From an uncultured Alphaproteobacteria bacterium (GTDB lineage Bacteria > Pseudomonadota > Alphaproteobacteria > RF32 > CAG-239), in contig CALXTJ010000002.1 in NCBI GenBank assembly GCA_944391375.1, positions 82 through 64,081 on the forward strand: a DNA stretch of 64,000 nt, in the 5' to 3' direction. A program made the position numbers and the translations under genes. The notes under the pieces were generated by a model, which had not been told where the DNA came from, did no database searches, and saw only the letters and a program-made list of their open reading frames with translations. Shown piece after piece: positions 56,225 to 64,000 of the stretch (position 1 is the stretch's first letter; every line of letters starts with the position of its first letter).

Positions 56225-56916
56225 TGTCAAGTAATGTAAAAGCCAAACCGCAAACCTTTTCAAGTTCAGGTTTATACGGAACGGCAACCACCAATAAAAA
56301 CGGAACAACTTATAATCCGAGTAATTTTGAAAAACAGCTTGTGGGAATGACCACGCAGTATATTCCGCAGTATTTGCAGCAGCTGGTAAACCCGACATAT
56401 GACAGTGAGGTTTTTAAGGCCCAGACCACGCAAAGGAACAGACTTGCCAATCAAAGCTTTGAAAACAATTTAATAAATCCGCTGTCGCAAAGAGGTTTGA
56501 CCAGAGGTTCAAGCGTTAATCAGATGAGTAACCAGTTTGCCAACAAATTGGCTGATTTGGAGACAGATGCTATGGCCAATGAGGATACGCGTAATGCCAA
56601 TATGTTGAATAACTTGTTTAATTACTATCAAGTGCCATACGGTATAATGATGGGCATGTCCGATTTCAGCAATCAGCAATATCAGAGTGCCGTTCAAAAT
56701 GCCTTAAAACAGAATGAGTTAAATAATAAAGCATTAAAAACTTGGGCAACTTCATTGGGCAATATGTCGGGATTTGGAGCTGGTCAAGGAGACAACTCAT
56801 CCGGCATGGGCTGGGGAGGCTTAGTAGGCACCGGCCTTGGTTATGCACTCGGAGGTCCGGCAGGAGCATCAGTTGGTTCCATATTTGGCAATCAATTGGG
56901 CAATTTGTGGAAATAA
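56224..56916 (+). CDS. Q/N-rich protein with C-terminal glycine-zipper hydrophobic segment (internal virion/membrane-active protein?)
   Basis: C-terminus GWGGLVGTGLGYALGGPAGASVGSIFGNQLG carries a GxxxG repeat pattern. Confidence 0.35.
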   Translation: MSSNVKAKPQTFSSSGLYGTATTNKNGTTYNPSNFEKQLVGMTTQYIPQYLQQLVNPTYDSEVFKAQTTQRNRLANQSFENNLINPLSQRGLTRGSSVNQMSNQFANKLADLETDAMANEDTRNANMLNNLFNYYQVPYGIMMGMSDFSNQQYQSAVQNALKQNELNNKALKTWATSLGNMSGFGAGQGDNSSGMGWGGLVGTGLGYALGGPAGASVGSIFGNQLGNLWK

Positions 56917-56983
56917 CAGTAAAATTAAGAATAAAACTCCGCTTATTAAAAGCGGAGTTTTAAATTTTTAAAGGAGATAAAAA

Positions 56984-58096
56984 ATGGCAGATACCAATTT
57001 AGTGTATCCGTATGAGTTCCAGGGAGGAACAAAGGCTGTTGCATCGGAAGTAAATGCCAACTTTGAAGCGGTCAGAAACTTTGCCGGAGGTATCAATGCA
57101 ACGCTTGATGAATTGCGTAGTGCAATTGCGGATTTAAAGAATAAGCCGACACGGGAGATGTTTGATATTTATTACAGTTTTTCAAGTAACACTCCGGCCG
57201 GAGCATATCCGTTATGGACGGGGGAGACCATAACTCACTGTAAAAGTTTATATCCGGATTTTTGGAACAAATTAAACAATCTGGTAAGTTTGGGTAATGT
57301 TGTGAGTGTAACTCAAGAGGAATATGAAGAAAAGCTGGAGGAGTACGGGCAATGTGCCGGTTTTTACATAGATAGTTTAAACGGGCATGTCAGATTGCCG
57401 AAAATTACGCGTTTTATTTCAGGAATTGATGAGTTGAGTCAATTAGCAGCTGAGGAAAACGCAGTAAATACGGCTCATACACATAATTTAAAGGCCTATA
57501 CCGGATCTGGTAACCGCAATGCTTCAGAGGAAAGATATTTAGGCTCGGGGACCGATAACTCAAAATCGGATATGTTCTGGAGCGATACGACTGATGTTGA
57601 AAACACGGCAGCGGTCGTAAGCCAAGGCGAAGAAGAGGGGCATCCTAAAAATGTGCGTTTATGCCTGTATATTCAGGTTGCCAATAATTTAGGAGAGTTA
57701 TCAGAACTTGATACCAATGCTATTGCCAAGGAGCTTGAAAGCGGATTGATTGCCTTGGAAAATGCTTATAGTACATATAGCACCGAATTAAACAGCTTAT
57801 ATTCCAAGGTCAAGGCCGATATTTTAAATTCTTCGCCGGTAGTCAAAGATGTAAGTTTGACGGTAACACCGGAGATGTTTAAGAGCGACGATACATACAA
57901 GGACTATCCGTACAGTGCCGATATTGAGTTTGAAGATGCCTCATCCGAACTTATTCCGACGGTAAATTTTAATTTAGCAGAAAGTCAAAGTGATAATTAT
58001 GCACCTGTAGCGGAAAGTTTGGACGGGTTTGTCAGGATATATGCCAAGCAAATACCGGAACAAAGCTTTGAGATAGCTTCAATTGTACTGCAATAG
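56984..58096 (+). CDS. putative tail fiber/receptor-binding protein
   Basis: 370-aa protein at the end of the structural run, before the lysis genes. Confidence 0.3.
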   Translation: MADTNLVYPYEFQGGTKAVASEVNANFEAVRNFAGGINATLDELRSAIADLKNKPTREMFDIYYSFSSNTPAGAYPLWTGETITHCKSLYPDFWNKLNNLVSLGNVVSVTQEEYEEKLEEYGQCAGFYIDSLNGHVRLPKITRFISGIDELSQLAAEENAVNTAHTHNLKAYTGSGNRNASEERYLGSGTDNSKSDMFWSDTTDVENTAAVVSQGEEEGHPKNVRLCLYIQVANNLGELSELDTNAIAKELESGLIALENAYSTYSTELNSLYSKVKADILNSSPVVKDVSLTVTPEMFKSDDTYKDYPYSADIEFEDASSELIPTVNFNLAESQSDNYAPVAESLDGFVRIYAKQIPEQSFEIASIVLQ

Positions 58097-58099
58097 AGA

Positions 58100-58140
58100 T
58101 TATGCCGCATTTTAGCTAATGCGGCATAAGTTTTGTAAAA
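58100..58140 (+). terminator. intrinsic terminator (TTATGCCGCATT-loop-AATGCGGCATAA plus GTTTT)
   Basis: 12-bp perfect stem. Confidence 0.55.
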
Positions 58141-58151
58141 AGGAGAGAAAA

Positions 58152-58409
58152 ATGGATTTTTTAAACTTACTGGGAGCGATGTCGGGGTGTGCCTCAATCG
58201 TGTCTTTTTTGGCTTTAGTAATAAGGCTTGGGGAGTGGAAGGCCCGCCATGAAGAGCGATTGGCAAGCCAGGGCAAACGCATTGACGGGATAGAGATAAA
58301 GCAAGATTCTCTATCATTATTATTAAACAAAAACAACGAGATATTAGCAGAAATTAAAGTAAAAGTTGACTTAATGCACAAGGAAAAAAATAAAAGGAGC
58401 AAACAATGA
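58152..58409 (+). CDS. putative holin (single TM plus charged coiled-coil tail)
   Basis: MDFLNLLGAMSGCASIVSFLALVIRL TM helix, RBS AAAGGAGAGAAA, overlaps the endolysin start by 4 nt. Confidence 0.4.
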   Translation: MDFLNLLGAMSGCASIVSFLALVIRLGEWKARHEERLASQGKRIDGIEIKQDSLSLLLNKNNEILAEIKVKVDLMHKEKNKRSKQ

Positions 58410-58876
58410 TAGATGAAGAAGAAATCATAAGAAGATTGATATTACATGAAGGTATGAGATTGGAGGCGTACAAATGTTCCAACGGATATTTAACCATAGG
58501 CGTGGGCCGAAATTTAATAACCAATCCTTTAAGTAAAGAGGAACAAGAGCATATCGGAGACTGGAGCAAGGGAATAAGCCGAGAAGATGCAATATACTTG
58601 TTAAGGAATGATATTAAAAGACTGATAAGAGAGTGCCGAGAAAAAATAAGCTGTTGGAGAGGATTGGATGCGGAGCGAAAATATGCCCTTTTGGATATGG
58701 CGTTTAATTTAGGGATAACCGGCTTGTTAAAGTTTAAGAAGATGTTGCATGCGTTATCAATCGGTGATTACCGCGGAGCCGCCAAAGAATGTTTAAATTC
58801 CAAATACGCCAAGGATGTAGGAATAAGAGCGGTCAGAATAGCTCATACATTGGAAACGGGGAGGTTTGAAATATGA
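58406..58876 (+). CDS. phage lysozyme (GH24, T4/P22-type endolysin)
   Basis: EGMRLEAYKCSNGYLTIGVGRN matches T4L [21 protein letters not shown]. The catalytic Glu is present; the Asp20-equivalent is Cys. Confidence 0.7.
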   Translation: MIDEEEIIRRLILHEGMRLEAYKCSNGYLTIGVGRNLITNPLSKEEQEHIGDWSKGISREDAIYLLRNDIKRLIRECREKISCWRGLDAERKYALLDMAFNLGITGLLKFKKMLHALSIGDYRGAAKECLNSKYAKDVGIRAVRIAHTLETGRFEI

Positions 58877-59031
58877 TAAAGAAAAAAGAACATAGTTGTA
58901 AATATCAGTTACGAAGAGAAATTATTCATAAACTAAGTAGGTGGCAATTATTTTGGCTATGTGTGTTGTTTTTGGTGGTAATGGGAATAATCGGAGTTTT
59001 TGCCCCGAGTGCCATAATCGGAATTTTATAG
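58873..59031 (+). CDS. small TM peptide (52 aa) overlapping endolysin stop; possible lysis accessory (spanin/antiholin-like)
   Basis: MIKKKEHSCKYQLRREIIHKLSRWQLFWLCVLFLVVMGIIGVFAPSAIIGIL; below the ORF-track cutoff. Confidence 0.2.
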   Translation: MIKKKEHSCKYQLRREIIHKLSRWQLFWLCVLFLVVMGIIGVFAPSAIIGIL

Positions 59032-59121
59032 GTTGTGTAAGATTAAAAATAAGATTTACAAATCAAAAAATACATGATTTAATCACAACATATTCAGAAT
59101 ATTCCGAGAAGGGAAATAAAT

Positions 59122-59574
59122 ATGAAGATATTCTTGCAACAGGCTTGTGTGCTGGGAGGATTTTATTTTATTGCATCGGTCATTTTAGGCAAAATGCCGC
59201 AAGTTGATTTTGTGGTATGGCTGGAGTGGCTGCTTGTGGTAGCGTTAATTGCAATACTTATGGTTCTTGCTTTCAAAAAAAAGTTAGGATTTATGGAAAA
59301 ATTTGTCGGCAAATATGCAAAAATCAGCAATTATCTGGCAGCATTGGGCGTAGCGTCATATTTCGGATTTTTCTTCGGTTTTATTCCCGGAGCCATAGAC
59401 GGTTATTTTGCCGCTCAAGCAAGTTTTATGCAACAAATATATGTATCTCAGTTTGTCAGTTATTTACCGATTTTTACGGTTTTATACAGGGTGGTATTTT
59501 GGACGGCATTATTGCTGGCAACATACTTAAGCTTTATTAAGCCGTGGATTTACAAGGAAGATAACAAAAATTAA
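59122..59574 (+). CDS. 4-TM membrane protein, paralog 1
   Basis: Shares GGFYF and IPGAIDGY motifs with 59623..60171. Confidence 0.4.
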   Translation: MKIFLQQACVLGGFYFIASVILGKMPQVDFVVWLEWLLVVALIAILMVLAFKKKLGFMEKFVGKYAKISNYLAALGVASYFGFFFGFIPGAIDGYFAAQASFMQQIYVSQFVSYLPIFTVLYRVVFWTALLLATYLSFIKPWIYKEDNKN

Positions 59575-59622
59575 GGATTATGTACAACACTCAACCATTA
59601 ACTGTAAAAATAAGGAGGAAAT

Positions 59623-60171
59623 ATGCGACAGTTTATTAAAGAGTCTCTTTTGTTGGGAGGATTTTACTTTTTTATTTCATACATAGTATGTTATTTGGCC
59701 GGTAATGATGCATGGAAGTGGAGTTTGGCAATTATTACGATTTTATTGATTACGGTAATAATATTAGCTTTCAAGAAGTCTTTTGCCCCGTTGGCTAAGT
59801 TCTGGAAAAAGTATCCAAAAATTTCCACATATTTGGCAGGTCTGGGTGTCGTAAAATACTTTAGTATTGTTTTTGGGGGAATTCCGGGAGCGATTGATGG
59901 TTACTTAATGGTAACGGCAACAGATATTGCGTGGTATGAGGAATATTTTGCGGCATATATGCCGACCTTTATTTTTGTTTATTGGTTAGTATTTTGGTGT
60001 TGTTTGTTCGGTGCTACATATTTGGCGTTTTTCTCAGACATTAAGCTGGTTAAGATAATAGAAGTTCCGGTTAAAGCCGAGAGTAAAGATGTAGCAAAGA
60101 GTCAATCCAAGGCTCACAAAAAAGCCAATCACAAAAAAGCTAATCACAACAAAACAGCTAAAAAGAAATAA
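59623..60171 (+). CDS. 4-TM membrane protein, paralog 2, with Lys-rich C-terminal tail
   Basis: Tandem duplicate of 59122..59574; RBS AAGGAGG. Confidence 0.4.
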   Translation: MRQFIKESLLLGGFYFFISYIVCYLAGNDAWKWSLAIITILLITVIILAFKKSFAPLAKFWKKYPKISTYLAGLGVVKYFSIVFGGIPGAIDGYLMVTATDIAWYEEYFAAYMPTFIFVYWLVFWCCLFGATYLAFFSDIKLVKIIEVPVKAESKDVAKSQSKAHKKANHKKANHNKTAKKK

Positions 60172-60190
60172 ATTAAGTTAAAAACAAAAA

Positions 60191-60216
60191 ATCCCGCTTG
60201 ATGCGGGATTTTTTGT
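60191..60216. terminator. bidirectional intrinsic terminator (ATCCCGC-TTGAT-GCGGGAT flanked by A and T runs)
   Basis: Lies between the convergent 59623 gene and ugd. Confidence 0.55.
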
Positions 60217-60228
60217 GTGTGAAGAAAA

Positions 60229-61542
60229 TTATTGCACGCCGAGAGCATGAATTTCAAAGCCCAAAGAGCGAGCTTTATCACGATTGATAAGGTTGCGTAA
60301 ATCAACAATTTTAGGTGTTTTCATCAATTGCTTAGCCTTAGTTAAATCTAGAGATTTAAAATCTTCCCATTCGGTTAAAACAGCCAAGACATCGGCATTA
60401 GGTAAGGTTGCGTACATATCTTGAGCATAGGTTACCTTATCGCCCAGAATTTTTTTAGCATTATCCATGGCTTCGGGATCAAAAAGCGTAACGGAAGCAC
60501 CTTTTTCCAAAAGAACCTGAATAATTTGCATAGCCGGAGATTCACGGCAATCATCGGTACCTCCTTTAAATGCGGTTCCCAAGACGGCGACATGCGGATT
60601 ACGGACATTATCAACCGTTTCCAGTATGCGTTTAGCCATATTGATTTTGCGCTTATCATTACCATGGATGGTAGCTTCAATTAAGGACAAATCAACACCT
60701 TTGACGCGTCCCATATAGGCCATGGCGTTAGTATCTTTCGGAAAGCAAAAACCGCCGTATCCCGGACCTGGGTTTAAGAACTTGTTACCGATACGGGAAT
60801 CAAGGCCCATACCCTGAGCAACTTCATAAACATCGGCACCGGCCTTTTCGCAAAAATCAGCCATTTCGTTAATGTACTGAATTTTCATGGCTAAAAAGGC
60901 ATTGGAAGCGTATTTAATGGTTTCCGAAGAGCGGCGGTGAACATACAATATTTTAGTTTTGCCGGCAAAGGGTTCATAAAGTTTGGCAATAACATTTTTA
61001 GCCCGTTCGGTATTGGCCCCGACAATAATTCGGTCCGGATTAAAAAAGTCATGCACGGCAAAACCTTCGCGTAAGAATTCCGGTAAGGAAACAACATCAA
61101 ATTCGCCTTTGGGTTTTTGAGAGGCAATAATTTTTTCAACCTCATCGCCGGTATTAACCGGAACGGTAGATTTTACGGCAACAACGGTATATCCGCTGAT
61201 ATAATGAGCCAATTCTTCGGCAGCAGCGTAGATATATTTCATATCGGCTTCTTTGGTAATGGGATTAGGAGGGGTTCCCACGGCCAAGATTACCAAATCG
61301 GCATTTTGCACGGCTTCTTGCATGGAAGTAGTAAATTTAACTTTGCCGTTAGTGGTGTTTTTATTAAAGAGTTCTTCCAAGCCATATTCAAAAATAGTTA
61401 ATTTTCCGGATTTTAGGGAATTTATTTTATTTTCATCTTTATCAATACAGATTACATCATTACCAAGTTCGGCAAGTCCCACGCCCGTAGGTAGGCCGAC
61501 ATAGCCGGTTCCGACGACAGCAATTTTCATTTTAAACCTCAC
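60229..61542 (-). CDS. ugd: UDP-glucose 6-dehydrogenase
   Basis: N-terminal Rossmann motif VVGTGYVGLPTG, catalytic Cys region GFGGFCFPKD, and the UDPG_MGDP dehydrogenase C-terminal domain. Confidence 0.85.
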   Translation of the reverse strand: MRFKMKIAVVGTGYVGLPTGVGLAELGNDVICIDKDENKINSLKSGKLTIFEYGLEELFNKNTTNGKVKFTTSMQEAVQNADLVILAVGTPPNPITKEADMKYIYAAAEELAHYISGYTVVAVKSTVPVNTGDEVEKIIASQKPKGEFDVVSLPEFLREGFAVHDFFNPDRIIVGANTERAKNVIAKLYEPFAGKTKILYVHRRSSETIKYASNAFLAMKIQYINEMADFCEKAGADVYEVAQGMGLDSRIGNKFLNPGPGYGGFCFPKDTNAMAYMGRVKGVDLSLIEATIHGNDKRKINMAKRILETVDNVRNPHVAVLGTAFKGGTDDCRESPAMQIIQVLLEKGASVTLFDPEAMDNAKKILGDKVTYAQDMYATLPNADVLAVLTEWEDFKSLDLTKAKQLMKTPKIVDLRNLINRDKARSLGFEIHALGVQ

Positions 61543-61607
61543 AAAACATTATACTGACTTGAGTTTAATCATATGCGGATGAAAAGCAAGCAATTAAGAT
61601 TAGTTAT

Positions 61608-62534
61608 CTACTTGTGTTTGAATTGCGGATAGATAACAAACACAATTCCCAAAGAAATAACGGCAATACCGATAAGTTTAATAAAATCCGGGATTTGGTT
61701 AAGGAAGATGTAAGAGAAGAACATGGTAAAGATGGGCATGGTATAGTACAGAGATCCGGCGGCAACGGTGCCGATTTTGGGCACGGCGTTATCCCAGCAG
61801 AGGTAGGCCAAAAAGGAGTTAGCAAAACCCAAGATGAAGAGGATGGCCCAAGTTTGGTAATCAAGATTAAGAAAATCGGTTAGGGAAAACTGATAAACAA
61901 AGGCCGGAGTAAAGATAAGAGTACTTAATAAAATAGCGGCCAAGAGCAGGGAGGAAGAGTGGATATTATCGGGGAGTTTTCTTTGCGACAAAGAGTATAT
62001 GGCAAAGAGCAGGGCAGAACCGAGCATAAACACATCACCGGGGACAAAGTTAAAATCGGTCAGATTAGTAAAATTACCGTCCAAGATAATAAGGAGAACA
62101 CCGAAGACGGTAACGGATATGCCCAACATTTGGATAAAAGAGATAGCCTGAGCCGATAAGATAATAAGGAATATAGGTCCCAAGATGCTGATGAGGGCCA
62201 TATTGGTAGGTGAGGCGGTATATCCGGCATGATAGATAAAGTAGTTTATACCGCTGATACCGCTTAGGGCCATAATAAAAATCAAGAGCCAATGTTTTTT
62301 AAGATTTTGCCAATCGGTTTGAAGATTTTTAAAAAAGAAGGGGAGCATAATTATGGAAGCGATAAACCAGCGATAGAAAGATATTTGTACCGGGGTGAGG
62401 GCTCCGGCCAGATGGGAGGAATATATAAGATTAAGGCTCCACATCATGATAGTAAAAAAAGCAAGTAAGTAACCTTTAAGCATGAGAATGACTATCCTTG
62501 TTAAAGCAAAAAAATATAAAAAGGATATAATCAC
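61608..62534 (-). CDS. EamA/DMT superfamily transporter
   Basis: 10-TM protein with duplicated EamA-like halves. Confidence 0.65.
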   Translation of the reverse strand: MIISFLYFFALTRIVILMLKGYLLAFFTIMMWSLNLIYSSHLAGALTPVQISFYRWFIASIIMLPFFFKNLQTDWQNLKKHWLLIFIMALSGISGINYFIYHAGYTASPTNMALISILGPIFLIILSAQAISFIQMLGISVTVFGVLLIILDGNFTNLTDFNFVPGDVFMLGSALLFAIYSLSQRKLPDNIHSSSLLLAAILLSTLIFTPAFVYQFSLTDFLNLDYQTWAILFILGFANSFLAYLCWDNAVPKIGTVAAGSLYYTMPIFTMFFSYIFLNQIPDFIKLIGIAVISLGIVFVIYPQFKHK

Positions 62535-62603
62535 AAAAAAAATAAATTAAACATGAACTTTCTTTTAAAACTTTTCGTTATAGAGTAATGAAAGGAGGAA
62601 ACA

Positions 62604-62852
62604 ATGGAAGATATATCTGCCCTGATTAAGGAAGCCAAGCCGTTATACTTTGCCCGCAAGCGTCGCAATCGGATAATAAAGGGAGCGATGGGGGTTATGG
62701 CTTGTTTTTTCCTGATTAACATATCTTTATTAAAGCCGCAAGAGGAGCTTTACGATTCGTGGACACAGCAGTTATACATAACGGAAAGCGGATCGGTCAT
62801 TGAGGATATGGGACTTCCGGTAGATGAATACGGATTATTGATGGTAGGCTAA
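62604..62852 (+). CDS. small single-TM protein upstream of and translationally coupled to the ECF sigma factor
   Basis: TM AMGVMACFFLINISLL. Its stop overlaps the sigma factor ATG (TAATGA). Confidence 0.3.
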   Translation: MEDISALIKEAKPLYFARKRRNRIIKGAMGVMACFFLINISLLKPQEELYDSWTQQLYITESGSVIEDMGLPVDEYGLLMVG

Positions 62853-63346
62853 TGAAAGACATTATAGCAGATAACAAGAAGTATATCAAATCCGTAATCA
62901 GAAAATTTACGGGAACGGATAACGAAGACATAGAGCAAGAGGTTTACATCAAGACCTGGCAGAATTTGCCCAAATACCGTGAGGGTGGCAAATTCAAGCA
63001 ATGGATATGTACCTTAACGGCGAATGTCTGCCGGGATTATTTTCGTTCCAAGAGCTTTAAGAAAGCAAGGCAGGAAGTAGGGGAAGAAAATTTGGAAGAT
63101 ATATATCAGGAAGGGGTTACGCCTGAAGACAGAATAGATTCCAAGAAGCGTCAAAAGATTATATTAAGGGCGGTAGACAATTTACCGAAGATATATCGTG
63201 AAGTGGTAGTATTATTTGAGTTTGAGGAGTACAGCACGGAGGAAGTGGCCCAAAAGCTAAAAATACCCACAGGTACGGTAAAATCCAGGTTATCCAATGC
63301 TCGCAAGATATTAAGTAAAGAATTAAGTTTTTTGAAAGGAGAATAA
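62852..63346 (+). CDS. ECF-type RNA polymerase sigma-70 factor
   Basis: Region 2 (EDIEQEVYIKTWQNL) and region 4 (YSTEEVAQKLKIPTGTVKSRL). Confidence 0.75.
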   Translation: MKDIIADNKKYIKSVIRKFTGTDNEDIEQEVYIKTWQNLPKYREGGKFKQWICTLTANVCRDYFRSKSFKKARQEVGEENLEDIYQEGVTPEDRIDSKKRQKIILRAVDNLPKIYREVVVLFEFEEYSTEEVAQKLKIPTGTVKSRLSNARKILSKELSFLKGE

Positions 63347-63347
63347 G

Positions 63348-64000
63348 ATGAACAAGAAACTATTATCGGTAATGTTAGCCACGACCATTTTAGCGGCGGG
63401 AGCTTTACAAGCGGCGCCCAAGGACGAAAAGGGAGGAGAGATGGAAGCTCCGGTTAAGGTAGAAAAGGTAGAAAAGGCTCGTCGTTTGGGAAAGAAGCAT
63501 CATCAAGAGATGGCCGAGCGTATGGCCAAAGACTTAGGTTTAACGGCCGAACAGCGACAAAAGGCAGATGAGCTTCGCAAGAAGAGTCAGGAGAAGATAA
63601 AACCCTTAATGGACGAGATGAAGGATTTAAGGGAGAAGATAGATGCAGAGCGTAAAGCTAATATGGAAGAGTTTGAAGATATATTAACTCCGGAGCAAAA
63701 GCAAAAGTTTGAGGAAATAAAGGAGCGAGGAGCCAAAGATTTCAAGAAGCGTCGGGAAGAAGTGCGTGACATAATGCGAGGCCGGGGCGAAGGCAGAGAT
63801 TTTAGGCCGCCTCACGAGAGGGAGTATGAAAGGATGAGAGGTCACGGTCCGGAGCATGAGGGAGAGTTTTTACCGCCGCATCGCAGGGGAAAGTGGCATG
63901 AGGCTGAACACGAGGGAGACATATTACCTCCTCCGCCTCCTCCGGCAGATGACGAAGCTCCGATACCACCGATGCCGTTATTGGAAGATGAGGGTGTATT
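63348..64000 (+). CDS. LTXXQ-motif periplasmic protein (CpxP/Spy/ZraP-like), 3' end outside window
   Basis: Signal peptide, repeated LTAEQRQK and LTPEQKQK motifs, His/Pro-rich tail. The frame is open to the window end. Confidence 0.5.
   Translation, partial: MNKKLLSVMLATTILAAGALQAAPKDEKGGEMEAPVKVEKVEKARRLGKKHHQEMAERMAKDLGLTAEQRQKADELRKKSQEKIKPLMDEMKDLREKIDAERKANMEEFEDILTPEQKQKFEEIKERGAKDFKKRREEVRDIMRGRGEGRDFRPPHEREYERMRGHGPEHEGEFLPPHRRGKWHEAEHEGDILPPPPPPADDEAPIPPMPLLEDEGV

Overview
This is an AT-rich bacterial chromosome segment with two distinct parts. Positions 1–33.6 kb and 36.2–41.5 kb are ordinary housekeeping DNA. Recognisable genes there: partial FAD-dependent oxidoreductase, rmuC, a MurG-family GT28 glycosyltransferase, mnmA, a short divergent metK, a U32 peptidase, the lepB-rnc-era operon, a DsbD/ScsB-like disulfide reductase, YqgE/AlgH, tRNA-Lys(UUU), three divergent NuoL/M/N-like antiporter-type membrane proteins, birA, RNase J, ldcA, an [FeFe]-hydrogenase-like protein, murF, nrdR, nusB, def, hfq-hflX, accB-accC, a DUF192 lipoprotein, recJ, an HdeD-like protein and a YgiW/BOF protein. 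The right end carries ugd, an EamA transporter, an ECF sigma factor and a partial LTXXQ periplasmic protein.

The remainder (33.7–36.2 kb and 41.6–60.2 kb) is accessory and phage-derived. At 41.6–48.8 kb there is a repeated-cassette locus. Genes there share a near-identical 48-aa N-terminal module (MTNKKYNPFADMYNF...) joined to different C-terminal domains, one of them a GH108 lysozyme-like plus peptidoglycan-binding domain. One copy is a 5'-truncated orphan C-terminal module. Each cassette is followed by small membrane (DUF805-like) or periplasmic Cys-rich genes. The cassettes are separated by a recurring non-coding module: terminator hairpin, conserved leader, phased 10-bp tandem arrays (CGGACACTTT x7 or GAACAAAATT x7), a sigma70-like promoter, an inverted repeat and a stem-loop/RBS. 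Directly downstream (49.0–60.2 kb) lies a podovirus-like virion and lysis module (portal, scaffold, capsid, tail/internal proteins, fiber-like protein, holin, GH24 endolysin). No terminase, integrase or replication genes are visible in the window. The same 10-bp-array regulatory element sits upstream of a 639-aa N/T-rich protein (33.8 kb) that is followed by a spanin-like overlapping gene pair. A decayed inverted copy of that element, with the 5' end of that gene, lies next to tRNA-Lys. Together this looks like a prophage-derived particle locus carrying a polymorphic effector/immunity-like cassette array. All family assignments are by eye from motifs; no searches were run.
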